Assembly (NCBI GenBank): GCA_948443845.1
Contig: CAOJUE010000002.1
Location: 40,693-104,692, forward strand
DNA from: an uncultured Eubacteriales bacterium
GTDB lineage: Bacteria > Bacillota > Clostridia > TANB77 > CAG-508
Length of the DNA: 64,000 nt
Direction of reading: 5' to 3'
Shown: piece after piece, positions 36,434 to 45,647 of the stretch
How the letters are laid out: the number at the start of each line of letters is the position of its first letter
Position numbering within the stretch: position 1 is the stretch's first letter
Translations under genes and position numbers: made by a program
Notes under the pieces: model-generated
What the model was told of the DNA's origin: nothing
What the model saw: only the letters and a program-made list of their open reading frames with translations
The model's database searches: none

Positions 36434-37345
36434 CTAAACACCTTCTATCCACTCATAAGCATCTTTCCAAACCACATCTTTATTTCTCTCATTCAAAATC
36501 TCATGTCTCATATTGGGATACAAAATTTTCTCGATATTTTGATACCCCAAATTTCTTAGGAAATCCTGACTTTCCAGCCACTTTTTCTCACTCACAATGA
36601 CTTGATCGTCCGCCCCTGCAATGAACAAAATCGGCAAATTTTTGTGTTCCAATTCCCAATCATTTGGGCTGTAAATATCGTTCATCAGATGAAACAAATT
36701 GGAAAATCCATTTAGTGTAAACGTAAAACCACATAATTCGTCATCATCATATTTATTCACTACCTTGTCATCACTGCAAATCCAGACATTTTCGCTTTTG
36801 GTTTTTTCATATTTTTTGGAATAATTTCCAAACGCCAAATTTTGAATCCAATTGCTTCGAAAACGGTCTCCTTTCAGTATTTTCAGCATTCCAACCAATC
36901 CCAAAGCAACATTGACAAAAGGATTTTTACTTGGTGAGCCACAAACAATCAATTTGTCAATATCAGCATCATACTTTTTCATGTATTTTCGAACAATCAT
37001 GGAACCCATGCTGTGCCCCAACAAAATCAGTTTTTTGTTCGGATATTTGTTTTTAATAAACATTGTTATTTGGTGCAAATCTTCTACAATATATTTCGCC
37101 TTTTCTTCATAAAAATAGCCCAAATCTTCTTTGGATTTCACACTTTTTCCATGACCGCGATGGTCATGAATGATAACAACATAGCCATTTTCAGCCAAAA
37201 ACTTCATGAACGGAATATAACGTTCTTTGTGCTCTGACATTCCATGCGAAATTTGAACAATTCCTTTGATTTTTCCTTCTGGAACAATCATCAAAACCTC
37301 TAACATCAGCCCATCGCAAGCCGATTTCATTTTACTAATTTCCAT
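36434..37345 (-). CDS. Alpha/beta hydrolase (lysophospholipase / monoacylglycerol-lipase-like)
   Basis: 303-aa ORF: HGMSEHKERY, nucleophile elbow GHSMGS, C-terminal HEIL. Confidence 0.8.
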   Translation of the reverse strand: MEISKMKSACDGLMLEVLMIVPEGKIKGIVQISHGMSEHKERYIPFMKFLAENGYVVIIHDHRGHGKSVKSKEDLGYFYEEKAKYIVEDLHQITMFIKNKYPNKKLILLGHSMGSMIVRKYMKKYDADIDKLIVCGSPSKNPFVNVALGLVGMLKILKGDRFRSNWIQNLAFGNYSKKYEKTKSENVWICSDDKVVNKYDDDELCGFTFTLNGFSNLFHLMNDIYSPNDWELEHKNLPILFIAGADDQVIVSEKKWLESQDFLRNLGYQNIEKILYPNMRHEILNERNKDVVWKDAYEWIEGV

Positions 37346-37358
37346 GATTTTTTCTCCT

Positions 37359-38231
37359 TCAATTAACTATGATTTCATATTCGCATTGAAAAATCTCGCC
37401 TTCTGCCAAACTTTGCTGCCATTTTCTATCTTGCAATTCGCCATCAAACTCCACGCCATCACATCTTCCATACCAAGGCTCAATGCACACAAACGGACAT
37501 TTTTCTTTGTATGGCGACCAAATTCCAACCAATGGACTGTCAAATTTTACCGTAATAAATTCCTTTTTATCTGGCGTGCAGAGTGATATTTCTCGTACTT
37601 GACTATTTTCTAAAATCAAGGCATCATATTGGAATAAATCTTTTTGGATTTTTAGATTGCCGTTTTGAGTAACAATTTTTCCATTTTTCAAATTTTTTTC
37701 ATTTGCCAAACCGTTTTCTAACCTTGTATTTGTCAAGTCGTTTGGATTGTCAAATTTCAGAAAACATTCTTCTCGTTTGTCAACTGGCACAACGAATGCA
37801 GGGTGCGCTCCTATGGAAAAATACATTGTTTTTTTGTCTTGATTTTCAACTTTCCATTTCACTTTTATTGTATTTTCCAGTAATTCATAGCCAATTTTCA
37901 AAGAAAATTCAAATGGATATTTTTTTCTGGTTTCTTCGTTGCTTTTTAATTCATACCATGCACTTTTTTCATTATTTTCGATCAATTCAAATTCCATATC
38001 GCGTGCAAATCCATGTTGTCCCATCGGAAAAGTTCTACCACTGTAGTGATATTCTTTATTTTTTAGTGCACCCACAAATGGAAAAAGCACCGGTGATCTC
38101 CTGCCCCAAAATGCACTATCTCCATTCCATAAATAATTTCTGCCATTTTCCTTAAGCTTAATTTCTTGCAACTCTGCTCCAAAGTCGCTAATTTCTAGTT
38201 TTAATTTTTCATTTTCTAAAATTGTATTCAT
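37359..38231 (-). CDS. Aldose 1-epimerase family protein (LacX-like)
   Basis: 290-aa ORF: WGRRSPVLFPFVGALKN...MGQHGFARD...IGAHPAF. Confidence 0.8.
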   Translation of the reverse strand: MNTILENEKLKLEISDFGAELQEIKLKENGRNYLWNGDSAFWGRRSPVLFPFVGALKNKEYHYSGRTFPMGQHGFARDMEFELIENNEKSAWYELKSNEETRKKYPFEFSLKIGYELLENTIKVKWKVENQDKKTMYFSIGAHPAFVVPVDKREECFLKFDNPNDLTNTRLENGLANEKNLKNGKIVTQNGNLKIQKDLFQYDALILENSQVREISLCTPDKKEFITVKFDSPLVGIWSPYKEKCPFVCIEPWYGRCDGVEFDGELQDRKWQQSLAEGEIFQCEYEIIVN

Positions 38232-38339
38232 TTTTTTCTCCTTTTTGGATATTGTATCATATTTCTGAAATAAATAAAATATTTTTCAAAATATTAAAAG
38301 GCACCAAACATTTTGTTCGGCGCCTAGCCATATGAAATT

Positions 38340-38945
38340 TTATTTTAATTCAACAGCAAAATATTTTGTTTTGCCTTCACCTTGAACTTCGAAATAAACT
38401 TTGTAAATGTAACAATCGCCAACAGTTGGCATTAACCAATAGTCATAAAGTATATAACCACCGTCTGTCACTAATTTTTCGTCTTTGCTTAATTCTCTCT
38501 CCATATTTAATTCTTTTTGCTGCTTTATTATCACATTTCCCATTTCCTTTGTGATAATAAAGTTAGCAAATATACCACGACTTCTGCGCTTACTATCAAT
38601 TTTACTAATTTCAATTTCTACTAAATTTTGTATGGCCTCTTCTTCCGTATCAACGAGTACCATCTGAAACATTCCTATTTGCCATATATCACAAGAAATT
38701 GAAGTAATTTCTTCCTTATCTTGTGCGATAGCCTTTTCTAGCTTCTCAACGCGTATCAGCATTTCACGGTACTCACTGATATCAATCATCGTTTCTTCTT
38801 CAAGGCTTTTTTCGATTGCTTCAACACTGTCCTCGAGATAATTAACCCTTCTTTTCAAGCTTTTAAAATCTTCATCGCTAACGCAACCTGTCAAGATTCC
38901 AGCTACGAGTAACATTAAAACAAAAATTTCCATCCGTTTCTTCAT
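38340..38945 (-). CDS. Hypothetical lipoprotein
   Basis: MKKRMEIFVLMLLVAGILTGC has a lipobox (LTGC). An AGGAGG RBS sits 8 nt upstream of the ATG at 38945. Codon 4 is an in-frame CGG. Confidence 0.65.
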   Translation of the reverse strand: MKKRMEIFVLMLLVAGILTGCVSDEDFKSLKRRVNYLEDSVEAIEKSLEEETMIDISEYREMLIRVEKLEKAIAQDKEEITSISCDIWQIGMFQMVLVDTEEEAIQNLVEIEISKIDSKRRSRGIFANFIITKEMGNVIIKQQKELNMERELSKDEKLVTDGGYILYDYWLMPTVGDCYIYKVYFEVQGEGKTKYFAVELK

Positions 38946-39045
38946 ATCTTTTTCCTCCTAAATTAAAATAAAATTTTTCTACCCTATTGCAGATTACATT
39001 TATATTATATCATATTTTACATAATTTGTCAAATAAAATCCGCAC

Positions 39046-39080
39046 AAAAAAAGATAGCCTTTTTTACGCTATCTTTTTTC
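39046..39080 (-). terminator. Terminator hairpin downstream of rpsU
   Basis: AGATAGC (39052-39058) / GCTATCT (39068-39074), flanked by A-runs and T-runs. Confidence 0.55.
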
Positions 39081-39086
39081 TCATTC

Positions 39087-39254
39087 TTAAAACTTTCTTT
39101 TTCTTGCAGCCTCTGATTTTTTCTTTCTCTTTACGCTGGGTTTTTCATAATGTTCTCTTTTTCTAACTTCTTGAAGTACGCCGTTTCTTGCGCATTGTCT
39201 TTTAAATTTTTTTAGTGCATCTTCTAAGTTACCATTTACTTTAACCTCTGACAT
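39087..39254 (-). CDS. rpsU: 30S ribosomal protein S21
   Basis: [55 protein letters not shown]. Start trimmed to the ATG preceded by GGAGGGG. Confidence 0.95.
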   Translation of the reverse strand: MSEVKVNGNLEDALKKFKRQCARNGVLQEVRKREHYEKPSVKRKKKSEAARKRKF

Positions 39255-39369
39255 TTCCTCTTCCCCTCCTTCCGAAGCTAAAAAAATTGTCTGGGATTTA
39301 TGTATCAATCCTTTTAATTCCTCGCTTAACTTATTTTATTATACTCCACATTTGCCAACTTGTCAATAC

Positions 39370-40317
39370 TTAATTCGCTTCAAATAATTCTCCAATGGAA
39401 GTGGCTTCATTAATTCTTCTGATTGCCTCCGCAAATAGTTCTGACACAGAAACTACAACGATTTTATCAATTTGTTTTTCTTTGGTTAATGGAATGGTAT
39501 TGGTCATAACCAATTCTTTAATTTCAGAATTTCGAATACGCTCTATCGCAGGTCCAGAAAGGACTCCATGGGTACAGCCAACATAAACATCTTTTGCACC
39601 AAATTTTTTAATGACTTCTACGGTTTCAATAATGGAACCTGCTGTGTCAACCTCATCATCAAAAACCAAAGCATTCTTTCCTTCGATTTCTCCGATTACA
39701 CTCGTGGCAATGGCTTTGTCATCATTTCCATTTCTACGCTTGTCCACTAAACAAATCGGACAATTGAAATGTTCTGCATATTTATACGCTTTTTTCGAAC
39801 TTCCTGCATCAGTTGCAACAATAACTTTGTTATCAATTTCTTTTAAATCAAAATATTTTTCCAAAATATATCTTCCTGTCAATACATCACAATTGATGTT
39901 GAAATAGGCTTGTATCGCTGGATTGTGTAAATCACAAGTCAAAACTCGATCCGCTCCTGCTGCTTCAATTAATTGGGCAAATAATTTAGCAGTTACTGGA
40001 ATTCGTGGTTGATCTTTTTTGTCTGATCTTGAATAAATAAAATATGGCAAAACTACCGTAATTCTTCTGGCAGTTGCTCTTTTGGCAGTATCCACTGCAA
40101 TTAATAATTCCATAATTCTTTCGTTTACTGGTGGCTCAGTTGTTTGAATTAAATAGACATCTTTTTCTCTGACCGATTCTAAAATCTGTACAAAATTGTT
40201 GTCATTTTTAAACTTTTGGCGATGAATTTTTCCGGGCTCGACTTTCAAGCAATCGCATATTTCATTTGTGAATTTTTCTGCCGATTCACTACAGGCAAAA
40301 ATTTTGATATCGTCCAT
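39370..40317 (-). CDS. prs: Ribose-phosphate diphosphokinase
   Basis: 315-aa ORF: ...VVLPYFIYSRSDKK...CDLHNPAIQAYF...FDDEVDTAGS... Confidence 0.95.
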   Translation of the reverse strand: MDDIKIFACSESAEKFTNEICDCLKVEPGKIHRQKFKNDNNFVQILESVREKDVYLIQTTEPPVNERIMELLIAVDTAKRATARRITVVLPYFIYSRSDKKDQPRIPVTAKLFAQLIEAAGADRVLTCDLHNPAIQAYFNINCDVLTGRYILEKYFDLKEIDNKVIVATDAGSSKKAYKYAEHFNCPICLVDKRRNGNDDKAIATSVIGEIEGKNALVFDDEVDTAGSIIETVEVIKKFGAKDVYVGCTHGVLSGPAIERIRNSEIKELVMTNTIPLTKEKQIDKIVVVSVSELFAEAIRRINEATSIGELFEAN

Positions 40318-40338
40318 AATTTCCCCCTATTTTCTATT

Positions 40339-41061
40339 TTATTCAATTCCTTTTGCTGCAATTGTTTCTTGGATTGGTTTTTCTATGATTGGTTCTTGTT
40401 GTGGAACACTTTTGCCAAAAATATCATAGTTTACTGGTATTGTATTATTGGTTTCTTCATTTGTCAAGTCTTTATTTGATTTTTTAAATTCTTCGAAATA
40501 CATAATTTTAGGCTTTTTCGTTTCGTATCTTGATTCATCCCCAAATTTCAATCGAACTAATTCGCCTTTAGCTAAACTTTTTTGCACATCAATTTTTCGT
40601 TGATTAGTCGAGCCTCGAAAGGCTAAATCGGCTATTTTGTTTTCGATTTCAAACTGTCCATCTACCATAATATCAATGTTTTTTAATAATTCTTTTGTTA
40701 CTTTATTTTGAACATACATTTTTGGTAAAATATCGGTATCAAAATTATATCCCGTCCAACACCAAATATCTTTCTTCGGTAATTCTTCTTTGACTCTTTT
40801 AACCAATGGCAAAAGCCCTTCTTGATTGGTTGGCTCCAATGGTTCTCCACCAAGTAAAGATAAGCCTTGAACATATGGTTTCTTCAGTAAATTCATAATT
40901 TCATCAATCGTACTACTGGTAAATTTCTTTCCAAATGAAAAATCCCAAGCTTCTTTGTTATGACATTCTTTACAGTGAAAATGGCATCCACTTACATAAA
41001 GTGCCACTCTGATTCCCTCTCCATCTTGTATATCTGGAAATTTTATATCTGCGTAGTTCAT
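40339..41061 (-). CDS. nrdG: Anaerobic ribonucleoside-triphosphate reductase activating protein, with a ~70-aa low-complexity C-terminal tail
   Basis: MNYADIKFPDIQDGEGIRVALYVSGCHFHCKECHNKEAW contains the radical-SAM CxxxCxxC motif. Start trimmed to the ATG at 41061, after GGGGGA. Confidence 0.85.
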   Translation of the reverse strand: MNYADIKFPDIQDGEGIRVALYVSGCHFHCKECHNKEAWDFSFGKKFTSSTIDEIMNLLKKPYVQGLSLLGGEPLEPTNQEGLLPLVKRVKEELPKKDIWCWTGYNFDTDILPKMYVQNKVTKELLKNIDIMVDGQFEIENKIADLAFRGSTNQRKIDVQKSLAKGELVRLKFGDESRYETKKPKIMYFEEFKKSNKDLTNEETNNTIPVNYDIFGKSVPQQEPIIEKPIQETIAAKGIE

Positions 41062-41107
41062 ATTTTCCCCCAATAATTTGTTATCTGTTTTTATTTTAAT
41101 ATGGCAA

Positions 41108-41128
41108 GGGTGGGTCAAGCCACCCTAC
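41108..41128 (-). repeat. REP-like element: GTAG head plus GC-rich hairpin (nrdD-nrdG spacer)
   Basis: On the plus strand: GGGTGG gtcaag CCACCC TAC. On the minus strand: GTAGGGTGG..CCCACCC. Confidence 0.6.
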
Positions 41129-41146
41129 ATTGGTTTTATTTTTTAT

Positions 41147-41178
41147 CGAGCAAATTTTGCTTATGCAAAATTTGCTCG
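41147..41178. repeat. 14-bp perfect AT-rich palindrome (AAATTTTGC-TTAY-GCAAAATTT family)
   Basis: CGAGCAAATTTTGC ttat GCAAAATTTGCTCG. The core recurs at 21344-21367. Confidence 0.75.
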
Positions 41179-41221
41179 AACGTTCGGCTAGCACATATTC
41201 TGTTGCTTCCAAAAATATTGT

Positions 41222-43363
41222 TTATAAGTGTAATACTCTACTTTTTATCTCTTTGGTTTTGCCGACGTTCCAGAAATTTTCGCCCAAATATCCACAGGTT
41301 CTTCTTGTGACATTCATTTTACTGTGGTCTTTGTTGCCACAGTTTGGGCATTCCCATTCGTACTGCTCGTTGATTGTAATTTCTCCATCAAATCCGCAGC
41401 AGTGACAATAATCTGATTTGGTATTAAATTCTGCATATTGAATGTTATCGTAGATAAATTTTACAACTTCTTCCATCGCTTTTAAATTGTTCTTCATGTT
41501 TGGTATTTCCACATAGGAAATCGCTCCACCAGAAGAAATTGGTTGATATTTGCTTTCAAATTTTAATTTGTCAAATGCATTGATTTTTTCACGAACGTCC
41601 ACGTGGTAAGAATTGGTGTAATATCCTTTATCTGTAATGTCTTGAATATCTCCAAAACGCTCTTTGTCAATTCGTGCAAATCGGTAACATAGACTTTCTG
41701 CTGGTGTGCCATATAATGCAAATCCTAAGCCAGTATCTTGTTTCCATCGATCGGTTGTTTCTCTTAAATGTTCCATGACACGAACGGAGAATTCTTCTCC
41801 TGTTGGGTCTGTGTGGCTAACGCCTTTCATTAATTTCGTTACTTCGTATAAACCAATATAGCCAAGTGAAATCGTTGAGAAACAACTATTCAATAATTTG
41901 TCAATCGTTTCACCTTTTGCAAGTCTTGCAATTCCGCCATATTGCCAATGAATTGGTGAAGCATCTGACATCGTTCCCAATAATGCATTATGTCTGCACA
42001 TTAAAGCATCATAACATAATTCCAATCGCTCGTCTAACAACTTCCAGAATTTTTTCTCATCGCCATTGGCAATAATTCCAACTTGTGGCAAATTGATGCT
42101 GACAACTCCTTGGTTGAAACGAGATTCAAAAACATATTCTCCCTTTTCATTTTTCCAAGGTGACAAGAAAGAACGGCATCCCATTGGGCTGAAGACATTT
42201 CCTTCGTAGTTTTGTCTCATAATTTTTGCCGAGATGTAATCTGGATATAATCTTTTTGAAGAACATTCTACGGCTAGTTTTGTCAAGTAGTCATATTTTC
42301 CGCCTTGTAAACAGTTGTTTTCGTCTAAAACATAGATTAATTTAGGAAAAGCAGGAGTTACATAAACACCTTTTTCGTTTTTGATTCCTTGTAATCTTTG
42401 TTTTAGAATTTCTTCAATAATCATCGCATTTTCTTCGATGTATTCGTCTTTTTCATCTAAGAACATGAAAATTGTTACAAATGGACTTTGTCCATTCGTT
42501 GTCATCAATGTGTTGATTTGATATTGAATGGTTTGCACGCCTGACCTTAATTCTTCTTCTCTTCTAATCTCCGCATCTTCTTTGGCTCTTTCGTCTGATT
42601 CTTCCTTGCTATAGCCTTTTTCGACATATCTTAGGAAACTCTTTTTGTAGGCTTTGTCATATGTTTTTCTTAAATATTTTCCTAAGTGGCGAATATCCAC
42701 AGATTGTCCACCATATTGACTACTTGCTACTGCTGCAATAATTTGTGTTACAATAGTGCAAGCTACTTGGAAACTTTTTGGACTTTCAATCATTTTTCCA
42801 TTCATAACGGTTCCATTGTCTAGCATATCGCCAATATTGACCAACATACAATTGTGCATTGGTTGCACAAAATAGTCTTTATCATGAAAATGCAAAACGC
42901 CATCATTATGTGCCTTGACAATTCTTTCTGGAAGCATGACTCTGTCTGCTAAATCTTTGGAGCATTCTCCTGCAATCAAATCTCTTTGGGTTGATACTAA
43001 AACTGCATTTTTATTGCTATTTTCTTCCATGGTTTCTTTGTTGGCGTTGCGCACCAAGGATAAAATACTCTCATCGGTTGAATTGGCTTTACGAATTAAA
43101 GTGTGTTTTTCGCGATATAAAATATATTTTTTTGCCAACGTAAATTTGCCAAATTCCATTAACTTACGTTCAATGATATCTTGAATGTCCTCCACTGACA
43201 TCGTTGATTTATTCAAACTCTCAATATATTTTGTGATAAACTCAATCGATTCCCTTGAAATTTTATCTTTTCCGCCAACTTCTTTATTAGCTTGGCTGAT
43301 AGCGATAACAATTTTGTCACTATCATATTCTACTTTTCGTCCGTCTCTTTTTATTACCTTCAT
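41222..43363 (-). CDS. nrdD: Anaerobic ribonucleoside-triphosphate reductase (class III)
   Basis: 713-aa ORF with an ATP-cone N-terminus, a C-terminal zinc site CHCCG...CPNCG, and the glycyl-radical motif RTCGYLG. Confidence 0.95.
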   Translation of the reverse strand: MKVIKRDGRKVEYDSDKIVIAISQANKEVGGKDKISRESIEFITKYIESLNKSTMSVEDIQDIIERKLMEFGKFTLAKKYILYREKHTLIRKANSTDESILSLVRNANKETMEENSNKNAVLVSTQRDLIAGECSKDLADRVMLPERIVKAHNDGVLHFHDKDYFVQPMHNCMLVNIGDMLDNGTVMNGKMIESPKSFQVACTIVTQIIAAVASSQYGGQSVDIRHLGKYLRKTYDKAYKKSFLRYVEKGYSKEESDERAKEDAEIRREEELRSGVQTIQYQINTLMTTNGQSPFVTIFMFLDEKDEYIEENAMIIEEILKQRLQGIKNEKGVYVTPAFPKLIYVLDENNCLQGGKYDYLTKLAVECSSKRLYPDYISAKIMRQNYEGNVFSPMGCRSFLSPWKNEKGEYVFESRFNQGVVSINLPQVGIIANGDEKKFWKLLDERLELCYDALMCRHNALLGTMSDASPIHWQYGGIARLAKGETIDKLLNSCFSTISLGYIGLYEVTKLMKGVSHTDPTGEEFSVRVMEHLRETTDRWKQDTGLGFALYGTPAESLCYRFARIDKERFGDIQDITDKGYYTNSYHVDVREKINAFDKLKFESKYQPISSGGAISYVEIPNMKNNLKAMEEVVKFIYDNIQYAEFNTKSDYCHCCGFDGEITINEQYEWECPNCGNKDHSKMNVTRRTCGYLGENFWNVGKTKEIKSRVLHL

Positions 43364-43398
43364 CGAACGTACCCCCTTGATTTGTTTTGTATGAATTC

Positions 43399-43426
43399 AT
43401 TTTACCATTAAAAAAAGTAATGTCAA
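43399..43426 (-). promoter_or_regulatory. Sigma-A promoter with extended -10 for nrdD
   Basis: On the minus strand: TTGACA, 16 nt (ending TGg), TAAAAT. The -10 hexamer ends 35 nt upstream of the nrdD ATG. Confidence 0.5.
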
Positions 43427-43718
43427 GTGAATACCTTTTATGTTCTCCGCGCTTGCAGTTGCAGTGTTTTGAGAGTTTATGAAAAATCTATTTTTGTGGT
43501 TTCATTTAGCAAAAATTTGTTTGAAAATCTTAGAACAATTTATTTTCTAAGTCAATACGATTTTTCAAATTTTTTATATTACATTTTTGTTACATTTTTC
43601 AACTTTATTTCTTTTTTCTATTTATTTTAATGTGGTTTTATGGATAATTGCAAATTATTCTCATTTTATTTTTGATAACTTACAAAAAAAATACAACCCT
43701 AAGATTGTATTTTTTGAT

Positions 43719-44657
43719 TTACAGTTTTAGATTTTGAATTTCTTGTTTTGTCAATTTTGTGTACTTTTCTATTTTTTGAATATCTTCTCCATTTTTCAAC
43801 ATTTCCTTGGCAATTTCAATAGATTTATTCTTCTCTCCTTGCTCCATTCCCTGTTCTAAACCTTGTTCTAGCCCTCGTTCTAAACCTTGTTCCAGCCCTT
43901 GTTCTAATCCTTGTTCTAGTCCTTGTTCTAATCCTTCACGTAATCCTTTCCTCATTCCTTCTTCCATCGCATAACTCACACCACTTTTATAATCTCTCTC
44001 CCACTTATCCTTAAGTTCCTCCAATCTTCTCGTTTCTTCATCACCAGACAATTCTATAAACTCTGCTTTCACTTTTCTCAGCAATTGATTTTTTTCCTTC
44101 GCCATTTCAATCAACTCCTCATCCACATCGTCTATGATTGCTAGCCATTGATTTACCTTTTTCTCCATATCTGGACGACTTCTTCGAAACTTTGGCAACT
44201 CAATAAAATACCACTCAATTCCATCAATCACCACATATTCACGGTGGTGGTCCATCACCGTTACTGTTTTCGTGATGTAATTCTCAAATGGAAACAATTC
44301 ATAGTTTAAGATGTTTATCATAATTATTTTTTTAATGTTCTCATATTCTTCTCCTTTTGATGTTAATCGCGTCATTTGTTTGGCTGCGTAGAACACGGTT
44401 CTGGCAATAATATTGTGCCTGTCATCGACTTGCATTTCGATATCGACAACGATTCCATCGTTCAAAATCGCCTGAACATCAAGGCTTCCTGTTTTTTCTT
44501 CTGGCGAAAACCTGCCAAGATTGACCTCCTGTTCTATTTTTATAGTCTCGATTTTGACTTTCAACAAAGCCTCCAAAAAATCGATTAAAAACGCTTCATT
44601 TCCTTTTCGACTAAAAAAGGTCTTGAATATGACATCATTTTTTAAATTACTTTTCAT
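43719..44657 (-). CDS. Rpn/YhgA-like PD-(D/E)xK nuclease family putative transposase with a C-terminal (GLEQ)n repeat
   Basis: 312-aa ORF with the typical N-terminus NDVIFKTFFSRKGNEAFLIDFLEALL...SLDVQAILNDGIVVDIEMQ. C-terminal GLEQGLEQGLEQGLEQGLERGLEQGLEQGMEQG. Confidence 0.8.
   Translation of the reverse strand: MKSNLKNDVIFKTFFSRKGNEAFLIDFLEALLKVKIETIKIEQEVNLGRFSPEEKTGSLDVQAILNDGIVVDIEMQVDDRHNIIARTVFYAAKQMTRLTSKGEEYENIKKIIMINILNYELFPFENYITKTVTVMDHHREYVVIDGIEWYFIELPKFRRSRPDMEKKVNQWLAIIDDVDEELIEMAKEKNQLLRKVKAEFIELSGDEETRRLEELKDKWERDYKSGVSYAMEEGMRKGLREGLEQGLEQGLEQGLEQGLERGLEQGLEQGMEQGEKNKSIEIAKEMLKNGEDIQKIEKYTKLTKQEIQNLKL
43849..43944. repeat. 12-bp in-frame tandem repeat (about 8 copies) encoding GLEQ
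   Basis: ccttgttcta(a/g)N units are repeated head-to-tail inside the Rpn-like CDS. Confidence 0.85.
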
Positions 44658-45086
44658 CTAATCTTCCTTTCTATTATAACAAATTTTATTTTCTTTTTCA
44701 ACATTTTTCGTTCGACAATTACTCTTGTAACTCTTGAAAACTGTGGCAGAAATGCCTGAATTTTTGTAGGATATGGACCATATCCTTAAGATAAATTATT
44801 TATATCATATTATTTTACATTTGTCAATATTGTTTTTTTCCTTTTTGAAAAAATACTCCAAAAAATGCGCAATCTTTTTAAAATGCTTTACAAGACTTTA
44901 ATATAGCACCTTAGAATGGATTTTTTTGGTTTTAGGAAAGCTAAAATTAATGGGAGATTAGAGTAAACATTATTCTTGTTAAAAACAAAAAATACAACCC
45001 GAAGATTGTATTTTTCTGTTTTTTTACCAGATACACTAGCATTTACGATTACATTAATCTAGAATTTCAATATAAACGTTTCACTA

Positions 45087-45632
45087 TTATTTCCGAATGA
45101 TATAACATTCGATATTTTCTGTAGTTTCATAAATAAAATTAATTTTTATGTTATCGTTCTCCTTGATAAATTCACAAGTTTTATAGTCTTTTTTTAAGTT
45201 ACATATTATATCATTAAATTTTTCTATCATATTTGCAAAACTTTCTTCACTTTCAATTCTTAAATTTCTTCTGATAGAATAACTGTTTTTACTATAATAT
45301 TCTGCTAAATCATTAACTGACAAATTCTCCACTTTTTCTAACACTGCTGGTATCTTCTTCAAAAATATCTCTTTTATGGTTGAAGTTGTGAAACTTACTG
45401 GTAATTCACCTGTAAAACTTTGTAATAAACTTATATTTTTGTATTCTAACTCTTTACTTTCTTCATACTCCAATTGGGGATCTCTATAAACCCCCATAAT
45501 TTCATATCCATAGTTTTTTTGAGCAATTTTAGCATAAATATTACTTTTTAAAATGGCTAAAACTACACCAAAAGCAACAAGAACAAAAAGTAAAATAAAT
45601 ATTGTCTTTTTGATTATTTTCTTTTTTGGCAT
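45087..45632 (-). CDS. Hypothetical N-terminally anchored protein (last gene of the T4SS-like operon)
   Basis: 181-aa ORF with anchor MPKKKIIKKTIFILLFVLVAFGVVLAIL. Confidence 0.5.
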   Translation of the reverse strand: MPKKKIIKKTIFILLFVLVAFGVVLAILKSNIYAKIAQKNYGYEIMGVYRDPQLEYEESKELEYKNISLLQSFTGELPVSFTTSTIKEIFLKKIPAVLEKVENLSVNDLAEYYSKNSYSIRRNLRIESEESFANMIEKFNDIICNLKKDYKTCEFIKENDNIKINFIYETTENIECYIIRK

Positions 45633-45647
45633 GACTTCCTCCTATTT

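Noticed and set aside
43427-43718. Long non-coding stretch upstream of the nrdD promoter, and the 13726-14339 gap. I looked for NrdR boxes, riboswitches and T-boxes.
   Set aside because: I could not recognise any convincing conserved motif by eye, only AT-rich sequence with short direct repeats. This is left unannotated pending an Rfam or PWM scan.
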